This document shows positions 1 through 13,300 of a DNA stretch of 64,000 bases, in pieces (position 1 is the stretch's first letter; each line of letters starts with the position of its first letter). The notes under the pieces were generated by a model. That model did no database searches, was not told the DNA's origin, and saw only the letters and a list, made by a program, of their open reading frames with translations. The position numbers were made by a program, and so were the translations under genes. The stretch spans positions 1 to 64,000 of the forward strand of contig JAUCBJ010005433.1 of NCBI GenBank assembly GCA_032718475.1, in the 5' to 3' direction. This DNA is from Nemertoderma westbladi (taxonomy: Eukaryota; Animalia; Xenacoelomorpha).

Positions 1-66
1 TGTTCGTGCGCGAATATTTTGAGTGCCTCGAGGAAATAATTTAATGGACGGTAAATGGAGTCTCAC

Positions 67-178
67 CCACTGCGTCGCATAGCGGATGGGCCATATAACG
101 GCGAATCAGCTAGGCCTCTTACACCAACCGCGTGACTAATTAGTTTTGCGCTCTCCTTCCAATAGCGGTGGAAGCGTT
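67..178 (-). CDS. Putative coding exon 2 of an uncharacterised secreted protein; gene continues off the left edge
   Basis: Polypyrimidine acceptor ttcgcctctcccctgctgtgccctctag| and donor GG|gtgaga. The 112 nt are open in phase 1 and continue exon 1: (E)RFHRYWKESAKLISHAVGVRGLADSPLYGPSAMRRSG. Confidence 0.55.
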
Positions 179-677
179 CTAGAGGGCACAGCAGGGGAGA
201 GGCGAAATTAGGTTTAATCTGCTCCAATCAATTGTCGCATCATTTTATGGATTTAAAGATCAATTCGCTGATTGCCCTATTCTTTTATAGTATTTAAATA
301 GGAAAATAAGCGCATACTCTGTTCGTGATTATCTCTATGTATATATATCCTTAAGTAGAAATTAAATTCTGGAAAAAAATATGATATTAAAATATAGAAA
401 TTGTAAAAAAATGTTGACTAAGCATTTCAAATTATTTATAAAATATAAATACGAATCAAACAAGCCAAGTAGAAGTCGGTCATAATAAGAGGAAAAATGG
501 AAAAAATAAATACAAATATTAAATTACTAGCAGTAGTGATGAGACGATAAAACCTTATATAGAGATGGACTTGACAATATGTTCAGATGTTGACCATCTT
601 CGCATCGTTACCACGCCACTAATATTAACCATTATTAAGATTAACGCTAAAATAATGTTAACCACAAGGTCCACCTC

Positions 678-2146
678 TACAATCAACCTACCTGTTTCGG
701 ATCCCGTCAACCCCTGTCCATATCGTCCGTACAATCAACCTACCTGTTTCGGATCCCGTCAACCCCTGTCCATATCCGTACAATCAACCTACCTGTTTCG
801 GATCCCGTCAACCCCTGTCCATATCCTACCTGTTTCGGATCCCGTCAACCCCTGTCCATATCCTACCTGTTTCGGATCCCGTCAACCCCTGTCCATATCC
901 GTACAATCAACCTACCTGTTTCGGATCCCGTCAACCCCTGTCCATATCCGTACAATCAACCTACCTGTTTCGGATCCCGTCAACCCCTGTCCATATCCGT
1001 ACAATCAACCTACCTGTTTCGGATCCCGTCAACCCCTGTCCATATCCGTACAATCAACCTACCTGTTTCGGATCCCGTCAACCCCTGTCCATATCCGTAC
1101 AATCAACCTACCTGTTTCGGATCCCGTCAACCCCTGTCCATATCCTACCTGTTTCGGATCCCGTCAACCCCTGTCCATATCCGTACAATCAACCTACCTG
1201 TTTCGGATCCCGTCAACCCCTGTCCATATCCGTACAATCAACCTACCTGTTTCGGATCCCGTCAACCCCTGTCCATATCCGTACAATCAACCTACCTGTT
1301 TCGGATCCCGTCAACCCCTGTCCATATCCGTACAATCAACCTACCTGTTTCGGATCCCGTCAACCCCTGTCCATATCCGTACAATCAACCTACCTGTTTC
1401 GGATCCCGTCAACCCTTGTCCATATCCGTACAATCAACCTACCTGTTTCGGATCCCGTCAACCCCTGTCCATATCCGTACAATCAACCTACCTGTTTCGG
1501 ATCCCGTCAACCCCTGTCCATATCCGTACAATCAACCTACCTGTTTCGGATCCCGTCAACCCCTGTCCATATCCGTACAATCAACCTACCTGTTTCGGAT
1601 CCCGTCAACCCCTGTCCATATCCGTACAATCAACCTACCTGTTTCGGATCCCGTCAACCCCTGTCCATATCCGTACAATCAACCTACCTGTTTCGGATCC
1701 CGTCAACCCCTGTCCATATCCGTACAATCAACCTACCTGTTTCGGATCCCGTCAACCCCTGTCCATATCCGTACAATCAACCTACCTGTTTCGGATCCCG
1801 TCAACCCCTGTCCATATCCGTACAATCAACCTACCTGTTTCGGATCCCGTCAACCCCTGTCCATATCCTACCTGTTTCGGATCCCGTCAACCCCTGTCCA
1901 TATCCGTACAATCAACCTACCTGTTTCGGATCCCGTCAACCCCTGTCCATATCCGTACAATCAACCTACCTGTTTCGGATCCCGTCAACCCCTGTCCATA
2001 TCCGTACAATCAACCTACCTGTTTCGGATCCCGTCAACCCCTGTCCATATCCTACCTGTTTCGGATCCCGTCAACCCCTGTCCATATCCGTACAATCAAC
2101 CTACCTGTTTCGGATCCCGTCAACCCCTGTCCATATCCGTACAATC
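678..2146. repeat. 49-bp tandem repeat (~31 units, five of them 38-bp deletion variants) made of exon 3' end plus 5' splice site
   Basis: Unit tacaatcaacctacctgtttcggatcccgtcaacccctgtccatatccg. On the minus strand each unit reads ...gaaacag|gtagg. Confidence 0.97.
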
Positions 2147-2198
2147 CAGCCAGCAAACAGACTATAAAAACCACCGAGGTTGAGGATCGCAGACACAT
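2105..2198 (-). CDS. Putative coding exon 1 (signal peptide) of an uncharacterised secreted protein
   Basis: ATG at 2198 gives MCLRSSTSVVFIVCLLAGLYGYGQG-LTGSET: basic N-region, hydrophobic core, small residues at -3/-1. It ends at a strong phase-1 donor CAG|gtaggt, as signal-peptide exons often do. Confidence 0.6.
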
Positions 2199-3468
2199 TA
2201 TATAAATATCTCGGAATAGACGCTTGAAACATGTACGTCGGTTACGTTAGCAAGAATACAGTACCGGTAAGGCAAACTAACGACCGACACGGTAAAATAA
2301 TTACAAATTCAAATAAAGATTAATTTAATAGTAATATTAAATATGCGTTATCATGTCGCAGAAAAATTTCGAAATATATATATCAAGGTGCACTATTTAC
2401 TAATGGAGAACAAAATATTGATTGATTTTAAATTTGAAGCTGAAAAAGTCACATATCATTTTACTGTTTCAGTTATACTATACATAAACGGACTTTAAAG
2501 TTATTTAATTTTAAGAAAATTAATTTGTCATACCAATGTGCCGGAATTTTATAATCCGTCTCACTTTATTTCAGAATTCTAACTAACTAACATTATGATC
2601 AAAATTAGGAAACATACGGATGCTAATATGGGACATCTTGAACAATTACATTTATCAGCTGTTTTTTTATTCGTACTGGACAACTTGTTGTTAAAGATGA
2701 CATGATTGTGGTTCGATTAGTTGGTTTTGGTGGAATTGGATTAACTTAGTAATTGTGTTAAGCGACTTCATCCAGCAGAAATGCGGCAACTTCCCGACTC
2801 GAAAATGCATTTACAGGAATATGGCGGAGTTCCATCGCTAATCTTTAACGCGAAGGTGATCCGTGAAAGATTAACCAATCGGAGATCGGGAAATGTGTAT
2901 GAAAGGTTGCGGCGCCCAACCCAGTGATTCCCACATACAGTATATGGAACATTAAGACTAAGTAATACAGAGGTAGTAATGCTAGTGAAACGGTGGATGT
3001 AGAAAACAGGCTGAATAACAACATCTTCAAATCATATGCCATTCAACCTACAGTGATAGTCCCTATGATACACTAATTTACTTTCTGTTGCGTTAAATGT
3101 ACCCAACCAGCATTATTGGTACCGATACCATGGCGAAAACTCAATGGTAATGGATCTCCTATTTCGGATTTATTACTGAATAGGTATTATGGTGGGAATT
3201 TCTAGAATGCAATAATTAATTAATTTATTGGCTCCATAAGGGCACTTATATTGATGTTGAAATTGACAGCTGATTCAAATAGTCGTTGCTTAAATACGCA
3301 AAGATTGAAATTGAACAATAGTTAGAATCCGACAAAATACCTGTTTGTTAATCAGGACTCTCCACGTAACATGGAAAATACGTGAGTATAATGGAACTCT
3401 GTTTTATCTATTAAAATTACAATTATGTAAATTGTAAAGATAAAATTGAATGGTTGACCTAAAAGGAA

Positions 3469-3680
3469 GAGACATGGGGGGGGGGGGGGGGGGGGGGGGA
3501 GTCTCGACTCAAAACCCGCCTTGACGAATTAATATCCCGCCTCGATGTTAAATTCTCAATTTAGGGAAAGGAGCAGGTTACAGTGGCAAGTTATTCGAAC
3601 CAAAACAATAAACTAAACACAATAGAACAGGTTACAGTTTTATTTTTGAGAGTAATCACCTGTTATTTGCGTCCAGTTTC
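3469..3680 (+). mobile_element. Dispersed non-autonomous repeat family, copy 1
   Basis: The core agggaaaggagcaggttacagtggca plus gaattaatatcccgcctc recurs inverted at ~13090-13300 and in part at ~29045-29200, ~33170-33250, ~60655-60890 and ~61150-61220. Confidence 0.6.
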
Positions 3681-5309
3681 CCCCCCCCCCCCCCCACTCC
3701 CCCCCCTCCCCCCCATCTTTTTTTACAATGTAGTGTAAAAAAAAGTAACTGAGGCAAACATTAGAATCTTACACCCCATAAACTACAAAAAATATTTCGT
3801 TTTTGCAATAAAAAGTGTCCGAGAAAAAGTTAAATTCCCCCCCCCCCCCCCCCCCTCCCCACCATACACCAGAAAAAGATTTTGTTTATGTAAATATATA
3901 ATAAGATTATTTGGTTGCAGCCATTTTAATATTTTGAAATTAAATAGTAATTGACTGAGTGATTACATTGACAACTCCACGATATATGTACATAATCCTC
4001 TCGACGTGTGAAACCTGAAATTTTTACACAAAATGAAACACGGGGGGCTCTTGAACTCTTAAGTACCGGTACTGTCTGTCACACAGTAAGAACTCATTCA
4101 CGTCTGGCCCACTTGAAGCCCAACACTACATTATGTCTCATTGTATTGAGTATTTAGATAATTTAATGGTTCTTAAAAATCGTCTAGAAAAAATCCAATT
4201 AGTAACCGACTTCGCAGGTTGTTCATTTGTTGATAAGCTAGTTTTAAATCAGTCTCTCATTGAAAAAAAAAGAAATATCATAAATTTTCTGGCATTACAT
4301 TTTATTGCCACTTGCTATAGCAACATGGGCTAATCGCCTCTACATATGCCTGCGCGCCTGCTTGGGGGCAGCAGAACATGTAGGGGTCATGGGTGTGGGT
4401 TTGTGGATGGAGCCAAGGCAGACCTTCAGGGATCGGACCTCCCCGAATCAATCATTTATAAATTTTCTTGCCTCGACATTAATTAATAATAATATTGCAT
4501 TAAAAAATCACCTGGACATGGACGCGTAAGTAAGAATTTTTCAATTGTTTGAAAAGTAATATATTAACCGAATGCCTATAGCAAATTGCCATACACAATA
4601 ATTGATAACCATCAGTAACGTTTTTATCCATTATATTAAAATATATATGTCTCTGTATATTATTTAATGTGTAGAAACACCACCATATATGGAGGATTAA
4701 TACTTTATTTAAGTAAAACATAAATAAAATTTGTACAAACTCAATATTTCTGTCCATCCAATGCCCTCAGGTGAAGAAATATAATAATCACATTGAAATA
4801 AATCAATAATGTTTCAAGTGTCAAAAATGTTTCATCATAAGGCATTTATAACCAGTCTAATTAACCTGAAATCTATTATACTGGAAATTATGAATGAGTT
4901 GCAATAAGTGTATAAATAAGTTCAAAAATAACCTGCTAACAGTGCAATAAACTGAACATTTGTTAAATGCATAATTCACTGCCATTTTTAGTTTAATCAT
5001 ATTGTGAAGATTAAAATAACTTGTATCATGTCAAGAAATAACACAAAGAAATTACAATTGAGTTTATCATTTACAGTTCAGTTCGATTTGATGATACAGC
5101 CAAATTACTTTTTAATCTACAGTAAGAATAAAACTAAACACCGCCTGTCTGCCGGTTTGTCACGGAGTATCATGCAATTTGCATCGCTTATTTTATATAT
5201 TTTCGTGTCAACCTGAATGACGGTTTGGCCAGGGTCTGTTCCATAGTCCTATTGTGCTTGCCTCATCCGCAGAACACAGCAGTGCTGGATTAGTATTAGT
5301 ATTACGATG

Positions 5310-6380
5310 GTTCGACAACATTTGTGTCTATTGTTAACGGTGGCACAGAACCATTTGAAGTGTTATGGGGAGTCCTCCAGGGAGAGACACTTGCGCCATT
5401 CTTGTTCATAATTGTGGTTGACTACGTTCTAGCATGTCTTTAGATCATCATAATGATGATGGAGTGATGATAACTCCACCTACTGGCTCCAGAAGTCGAG
5501 GAAATCCAGCCAAGTACCTAACTGATCTAGACTTTGCTGATGACTTAGGAGTACTCTCAGAATCACTAGAGGGAGCCCAACGGCTCCTCAGCTTATTAGA
5601 ACATGCTGCTTCTAGTGTTGGTCTTTTTATTAACTCCAAAAAGACCAAAATTTTTACAGGTAACTTTGAAAGTCCTCAGCAAATCTCTGACCGGATGAGC
5701 ATAAGCTCAAAAGATGGTATGCTTGAGCATGTGGACGACTTTTGTTACCTGGGATCGTGGATCTGGAAGTCAGGTGAGTACCTTCGAATACGTAAGGGAA
5801 AGGCAGGGGCAGCCTTGAATAGGCTTTCCAGGATTTGGAAGTCACATACAATTAATCGGAAACTTAGGGTCCGATTATTTAGAGCAGCAGTAGTTCCAGT
5901 ACTCCTCTATAGGAGTCCATGCTGGGCTCTAACTGCTGAGGACACCACATCTCTGGATGGCACATTCACAAGAATGCTACGCCGGGTTCACTGTGTCAAG
6001 TACAATGCACACATCTCCAATCAGACACTATATAACATTGGAGGTGTCTCATTGGTTCCCCCAAGCTTGACACTAGAACAAAGCCGCCTCCGCTCTGTAG
6101 GACATTGCTTTCGCCATGAGGACCAGCCAGTGCATAATCTTGTGCTTTGGCAGCCTCATGGAGTGAATAAGCATGGTGGACTGGACACTGTGGACAGCCC
6201 ATGACTTTCTTGAGACGCATCTTAAAGGACACTGGCCTTGAGGATGCGGATGATCTAGCAAATGTCATGGGTGATAGGGAGTTGTGGCGGAGCGATTTTG
6301 TCGAGAAGCCGGAACAGCATTCTTAAAAATGCAGCTGCATTGCAGCATGCCGATCCTAGTAGAAGTAGTAGTAGCATTAG
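5310..6380 (+). mobile_element. 5'-truncated RTE-like non-LTR retrotransposon (reverse transcriptase C-terminal part)
   Basis: GVLQGETLAPFLFIIVVDYVL upstream of the ORF, LDFADD catalytic motif, GLFINSKKTK and FCYLGS motifs; (AGT)n-like 3' tail at ~6358-6380. Confidence 0.88.
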
Positions 6381-7217
6381 TATAGGTTAATGACGTACTC
6401 CATTATGTATCAACATAGTACGAGACACAACAGACGGTCCATCTGTCGCTATGTCGGTTCCTCTTGTTCTTGTTTACTTATGCTGTAGGTCAATGGGGGT
6501 GAAGTCTCTTGCCCAATATACCATTTGCCCAATGAGTCGCTTGTCAAATAAAAATCAGACGAGTTACTTGCCCAATAAAAAATAAAACAAAAACTAAAAA
6601 TGAGTCACTTTCCTAATAAGTCATTACCCCAATAGATCACACTTGCCCAATAAGTTGCTAAAAATCAGCTGATTCTACAAAATTAATTATACTCTCCAAA
6701 CATACGTCGTTACATGTCTCATCTCATTTCGATAATTATGTTCTGGGAATTGGATTCATTCAAATATTGTTTATTACTTCGCATAAACAATACACGAAGT
6801 GGGGCCTTCGCGCAGCACGTGACTTAAATTTAATTTAAGTACTAATTCGAAAGTATTACTGTATTAGGATATTATTGGAATGTGGTGTGGAATGTTAGGA
6901 ATGTATATGAATCAGCAGTCCGGTAGAGGTTTACATATTTAAAAGAACTGCCGAAATATAAGTTATATGAGTATTATTTGTTATGATTTCTACCATTATA
7001 TTCTTCCACGCAAAGTTCCTAGTCCTATAGGTCCAATCAAAACATTCTGTATATTGCCAATGGTTCAACGTAATCAAAGAGACGACGCTAGACACGCACG
7101 CAGCCAATCCCAGTGAAAAATGCACGCAAATAAGTAGTCATAAGTGATAATTCTAGAAAGGCTTTTCTGCGAATGTAGGCTATTGTGTAATTCATTTCAG
7201 TACCGGTCTGCCTAACT

Positions 7218-7353
7218 GTCTGCACCAGGTGTCTGCACCAGGTGTCTGCACCAGGTGTCTGCACCAGGTGTCTGCACCAGGTGTCTGCACCAGGTGTCTG
7301 CACCAGTTGTCTGCACCAGGTGTCTGCACCAGGTGTCTGCACCAGGTGTCTGC
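7218..7353. repeat. 13-bp minisatellite (tgcaccaggtgtc) x ~10
   Basis: Direct tandem repeat seen in sequence. Confidence 0.95.
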
Positions 7354-7485
7354 TTAACGTTTACACCCCAATTCCGCTTGGTTTATATCTTGATTATCAA
7401 TAAAATAGTAACGTGAAATATTTATGGAGCGTATATTTGAGAATGTTGAAATAATGCGTTTAGTAGTGTGACCAGCGTCTTGAAT

Positions 7486-8405
7486 TTCCGCTTACCTCTA
7501 GCGGCAGACTGGAGAAATGCAGATCGACCACCTTCCTCAGAAAGACGCAGCATGTGCTCTAGTACATATGCCAATATTCACTTTAAATAAATTAATATCA
7601 AGGAATTGGGGACAGTTATACATTTCGCCCTCTAGCGGCAGACTGGAGGACTCCAGACCGTTTACTGCCCACCAAAGACTCAGGCCGACTTCTACTACAT
7701 ATCTGCTACGTTTCAGCTTGAACGGATCATAAATAACGAGATGGGAGAAAGATTTCACTTTCAAACATTTCGCCCTCTAGCGGCAGACTGAAGAACTGCA
7801 CACGGATTAGCCTTCAATTCAATTCAATTCAATTCCTTCTTTCAAAGTCACAGCTAATGGTCTAGTACATATCTGCCAAATTTCAGCATAAATGGATTAA
7901 AAGCAAAGAAATGGGAGGACATTTAACGTTTAGACATGTGGCCCTCTAGCAGGAGACTATTGCTCTGATGGTGTCTGAAAGTCTCTCAAACGTCTCAACT
8001 TTAGCTCATATTGATACCTACAAATTTTCAACTTGGCAGCTTTAAATCCGACAAAGTTATTAGCATGTCAAAATCGTAACGACGACAACGATTTCACTTT
8101 CAGACCTTTGGCCCTCTAGCGGACAGACTGGAGAACTGCAGATGGATTCGCCTCCTTTGAAAGTCACAGCTAATGGTCTAATACATATCTGCCAAGTTTC
8201 AGCTTAAACGGATTAAAAGCAAAGAAATGGGAGGGCATTTAATGTTTAGACATGTGGCCCTCTAGCGGGAGACCATTGCACTGATGGTGTCTGAAAGTCT
8301 CTCAAAAATCTCAACTTTTGCTCATATTGATACCTACAAATTTTCAACTTGGCAGCTTTAAATCCGACAAAGTTATTAGCATGTCAAAATCGTAACGACG
8401 ACGAC

Positions 8406-8437
<32 letters not shown>

Positions 8438-8540
8438 CAACGACGACGACGACGACGACAACTATTTGCATAAATTGACCCACCCCCTAACAGTGTCAAT
8501 TCGCTAAGGCTCCGCCAACTTCGTGGCTCGCCCCACATTC
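7486..8540 (+). mobile_element. Helentron/DINE-like non-autonomous element with internal ~320-bp duplication and (GAC)n microsatellite
   Basis: Repeated gccctctagcggcagactg motifs; ~7840-8090 is duplicated at ~8157-8410; (GAC/CAA)n at 8394-8460; 3' end ggctccgccaacttcgtggctcgccc. The class assignment is tentative. Confidence 0.45.
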
Positions 8541-9037
8541 TAAGTTTACGTTAATAAAACGAAGCTATTTTAAAGCTAATATAATAAAGGTTCTAATAAT
8601 GAAGCTAATTTAACGTTAATTATAACAATTACAGTACGAACATTCCTTTCATACTATGAGATTTAAACGACGCAATAAAAAATTCTGGCAGTGTATGGAA
8701 ACAAACGCGGGGGGCTACAATGCTTTATTAAGAAGAGATAAGTGATGAAAATTTATCAATTATTGCGATGTTATCCCACCAAAACCAAACCTTCTTTGTA
8801 TCTTTGTATTTTAGCATCTTTGTATCATCTTTTTGTTAAATTAAACCTAATTATGTAAGTGATGAGTTTGTGTATGTAAAATATACTGTAATAAAGTATT
8901 ACAATGAATTAACATATTAATTGCCAATGTTAAATTTGAATCACTTTAATTGTCTACGAACACCTCATTATATTATACATATTGATAAAATTTGTAGTTT
9001 AAAAAGCAAAATTATAATTTTTAAAGCAACGTGAAGT

Positions 9038-10250
9038 GGTAATGGTAGGGGCCTAATGTATTGGGCAAGTAATGGTAGGGGCCTAATGTATTGGGCAAGT
9101 AATGGTAGGGGCCTAATATATTGGGCAAGTAATGGTAGGGGCCTAATGTATTGGGCAAGTAATGGTAGGGGCCTAATGTATTGGGCAAGTAATGGTAGGG
9201 GCCTAATATATTGGGCAAGTAATGGTAGGGGCCAAATGTATTGGGCAAGTAATGGTAGGGGCCTAATGTATTGGGCAAGTAATGGTAGGGGCCTAATATA
9301 TTGGGCAAGTAATGGTAGGGGCCAAATGTATTGGGCAAGTAATGGTAGGGGCCTAATGTATTGGGCAAGTAATGGTAGGGGCCTAATGTATTGGGCAAGT
9401 AATGGTAGGGGCCTAATGTATTGGGCAAGTAATGGCAGGGGCATAATGTATTGGGCAAGTAATGGTAGGGGCCTAATGTATTGGGCAAGTAATGGTAGGG
9501 GCATAATGTATTGGGCAAGTAATGGTAGGGGCCTAATGTATTGGGCAAGTAATGGTAGGGGCCTAATGTACTGGGCAAGTAATGGTAGGGGCCTAATGTA
9601 TTGGGCAAGTAATGGTAGGGGCCTAATGTATTGGGCAAGTAATGGTAGGGGCCTAATATATTGGGCAAGTAATGGTAGGGGCCTAATGTATTGGGCAAGT
9701 AATGGTAGGGGCCTAATGTATTGGGCAAGTAATGGTAGGGGCCTAATGTATTGGGCAAGTAATGGTAGGGGCCTAATGTATTGGGCAAGTAATGGCAGGG
9801 GCATAATGTATTGGGCAAGTAATGGTAGGGGCCTAATGTATTGGGCAAGTAATGGTAGGGGCATAATGTATTGGGCAAGTAATGGTAGGGGCCTAATGTA
9901 TTGGGCAAGTAATGGTAGGGGCCTAATGTATTGGGCAAGTAATGGTAGGTAATGGTAATGGTAATGTATTGGGCAAGTAATGGTAGGGGCCTAATGTATT
10001 GGGCAAGTGACCTATTGGTCAAGTTATGGTAGGGGCCTAAGGTATTGGGCAAGTAATGGTAGGGGCCTAATGTATTGGGCAAGTGACCTATTGGTCAAGT
10101 TATGGTAGGGGCCTAAGGTATTGGGCAAGTAATGGTAGGGGCCTAATGTATTGGGCAAGTAATGGTAGGTAATGGTAAAGGTAATGTATTGGGCAAGTAA
10201 TGGCAGGTAATGGTAATGGTAATGTATTGGGCAAGTGACCTATTGGTCAA
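9038..10250. repeat. 30-bp tandem repeat (aatggtaggggcctaatgtattgggcaagt), ~30 regular units then degenerate
   Basis: Direct tandem repeat. It shares the TTGGGCAAGT motif with the adjacent element terminus. Confidence 0.97.
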
Positions 10251-11614
10251 GTAACTCGTCTGATTTTTATTGGGCAAGTTACCTAATTGGGAAAGTGACA
10301 GTTAACCGGACAATGATCTCATATTATATTAAATGTTGAATATGAAAGAAATTAAGTGGAATGAAAATATGTTTACTATCCATTGTAACTTTGGAAAATA
10401 AAGATAGCAAATGTGTTTTGTAAATAGGTTCGGTTACTACATTCTTACATACAGTAGTACTGTAACTACTGTATGCACGCACGAATTCAATAACACTTGA
10501 ATTACACTGTTAGTATTGTAGGCCTAACACGGTAGGACTCTAAAATACCACAACAACGATACTAACATGAAGAAGATATTGACGAAAACGTTTCAATCGA
10601 CGTAATAAATCCAACGCCAGTGTTTATTATTCATTGATAATTTATTGATTGTACTTTATATAAATTTATAGTAGGCCTAATTCTTTATTAACATTTGTAC
10701 ATACTGTACATAGGCACAGGTGGTGAGGTGAGGTGGATTAGGCTGCCCTACAGTAGTACACTCCACCCATCATGGTTGCGCTGCGTTCGTGTCATTACAG
10801 CTTTAAAAAAAGACCGAAATACTGTAATTATTTTAGTATAAATCGATTTGGTCTAAATAAGAAATTAACCCGATTATTTGGTGAAATAAGAATTTGATAG
10901 AATTATACTGTATTTGTCAGTTTGTGATTAGCTGCAAGTTTTTTTAAATCACGTTTACAAGTTTTTATTTATGTTCCCATGAACCTGTTTTGAACGCAGC
11001 TGCTTTTGAGCCTAGAAAATATAAAAATGTTGAATATTGGTGGAATGACATGTTGGGAGTTTGACTTAGTCGTCAAATTATTATCTCGTGAATAACTTAC
11101 AGTGGATATACAGTATAACTTTCATGCGTGGCCTTGTTTCCGGGCGACTTGTAATTTATTTCCAGTAAAACTCTACGTGAAAATCCTTCGTGTATAGTGA
11201 ACAACATCAGCTAGCATGTTGGCTTTAATTCATTGTTCAGTAAATCAAAACCAAAATGCAATTAACAGGAACACTTTGAACTGGCATTGGTAATAAGGTT
11301 GCCTACTGCGACTTTAAGAAGCTTTACTCAAAGTTTGCGGGGCAGTGTGGCCTGTAACGGGTAGTAATTGTTTAGTTCCGTGTCTGATTGCTAATGAAGG
11401 TTCAAGGACGAGTAGATTGGTTGTGCAGGATGCAAGAAGTCAGTATCGAACTCCCCAGGGTGGAAATTATATACGTACGGGACCGGTAAGCGGAAATTAA
11501 TGATTGTTTGCGGATCGCTGCTATGTAAATAAATCGTTTTATTCGCGTAGCTAATAGTTGTAGAGAAGTTTCTAACATTAAGTCTCCGCAATGCCGTGGG
11601 ATTTTATATCACTG

Positions 11615-11955
11615 TCATCGTGTCTGTGTAGCGTGTAGGCTGCTGCTATTCAATAATAATCAATCCGTTGCATCCGTTAAATCCGTTGCATTGAATTTAA
11701 TCTCCCTGGAGGTCGTGGGTTCGATCCCTGTACGGGGACCAGGGTTGTTTTCGTTTCGACACGAATGCTTTAAACGTACAGCCAGGGCGCATCTCTGCCT
11801 TGCTTCCTTAAGTGGTAGCTAAATGACGAGTGGCGTTTTCTCTGGGGAGTATAGTTTTGGGGGGAGCGCACTGAAAATAAGTCACCAGACGTTGTGCAAA
11901 ATCCCTGGCCTAACGGCCGAAGAAAACTTTATTTTTATTTTACTTTATTTAATAG
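11615..11955 (+). mobile_element. Putative tRNA-derived SINE
   Basis: B-box GGTTCGATCC at ~11718, A-box-like tgtagcgtgtagg upstream, (TTTA)n-type tail at ~11928-11952. Confidence 0.45.
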
Positions 11956-13089
11956 TACGAGCGTACGAGCAATTTTGACTGAAATTTAGCTTGGACCATT
12001 TTATACCCAAAAAGGCCGAAAAAGTGCCATTTGTGGGGCTTTTCGCTCTAAAATGGCCCCAAAGCATTTTAGCAAAAATTTTTCAATAGCCTTAAAAACA
12101 AGCATATGTTGAATCTATGTTCCAAATTTCAACTGATTTCATTAAAAATTGTTCGAGAAATAGAAAATGTTAAAATAAAAAATAATGTTAAAAAATTAAA
12201 ATACATTCTGAGATTAAATGGGTTTAAATCATAGCGTAATCTATTAATTACTAATTACTTTGTATACGCAGCCTATTAAGTACGCTATGGTTTAAATGTA
12301 TAAGGAAAAATTCAAACATTCCCTCTATTTACGATCACCTACCACACTTATCCATAGCATAACTCCAAATCATTCTCTCTAGTACCCCCTATTGTATCGG
12401 AAATCCACTACTTGATAATTAAATACAAACCTTAAATACGCGAAAATAATACCAAACTATCTGGGGGGTGATCCACTCCATCCAAATAACTATCGCCCAA
12501 TTCCTCTCTTACCGGTATTTAGCAAAATTTACGAACAAAAGTTATATATTCCCAACTTCAAAACTACCTCGAACGCTTTTCAACATCCCGAAACTTTGGC
12601 TTCAGGAAAAAATATAAAACACATTTGCAATATTAACGAATAACACGGTTATTCATATCTGTACCTTGCGCCTTTTTGGTGAAAAGGGGATTATTCAATT
12701 GAAAATATAGTGCTGCTCAAAGGCTTATCAAAAAACAAAATAAAAGGACATTGGAAAATTTAAGAAAATATTTCTTTGGTGCTTTTATGTTTAAATATGA
12801 ATTTCAAATTAACAAATACCAATATGAAATACTACCAATAAAACTACTTACTGTATTACATTCTATTCGATCGGAAAAATCGAGGTGAAAATTATCTGTA
12901 AAACTCTTCCTTATACAACATCATTTCCACTCTATATGTAGGCCTACTGTACAGTATACTGACTGTTATTCGTATACACTTGCTGTACCTTGACAATGAA
13001 CCGTTTAATAGGATGATTTCACCCAATTTCTCCATTCCTTATACGGTACAGCGTTTGGAACACTTTCTACACCTGCCAACTGAGTATAA

Positions 13090-13300
13090 AAATTGGTAAT
13101 ACGCCCCAATTCGACGCGAATAACAGATGATTACTCTCAAAAATAAAACTGTAACCTATTCTATTGTGTTTTGTTTATTTTTTGGTTCAAATAACGTACC
13201 ACTGTAACCTGCTCCTTTCCCTAAATAGAGAATTTAACATTGAGGCGGGATATTAATTCGCCAAGATGGGATTTGCGTCCAGTTTTCCCTCATGTCTCTT
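13090..13300 (-). mobile_element. Dispersed non-autonomous repeat family, inverted copy of ~3469-3680
   Basis: actgtaacctgctcctttccctaaat...ggcgggatattaattcg...catgtctct is the reverse complement of the copy at 3469. Confidence 0.65.

Larger units (their letters stand above)
6496..10307. mobile_element. Putative foldback/Mutator-like non-autonomous element with inverted subterminal TTGGGCAAGT repeats
   Basis: aataaaaatcagacgagttacttgcccaata (~6548-6578) is inverted at ~10241-10272. Termini are GG...CC. A near-duplicated 8-mer flanks it: GGTCAATG (6488-6495) and GGACAATG (10308-10315). Confidence 0.45.

Noticed and set aside
565-2205. 546-aa and 255-aa plus-strand ORFs
   Set aside because: Translations of the 49-bp repeat cycling through frames. 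The plausible gene here is on the minus strand.
7192-7353. 13-bp repeat containing CAG|GTGTC after a tttcag acceptor, as a third donor array
   Set aside because: Weak donor, only a 28-nt candidate exon, and no identifiable plus-strand gene.
8968-10082. Three repeat ORFs of ~300-350 aa
   Set aside because: Translations of the 30-bp satellite.
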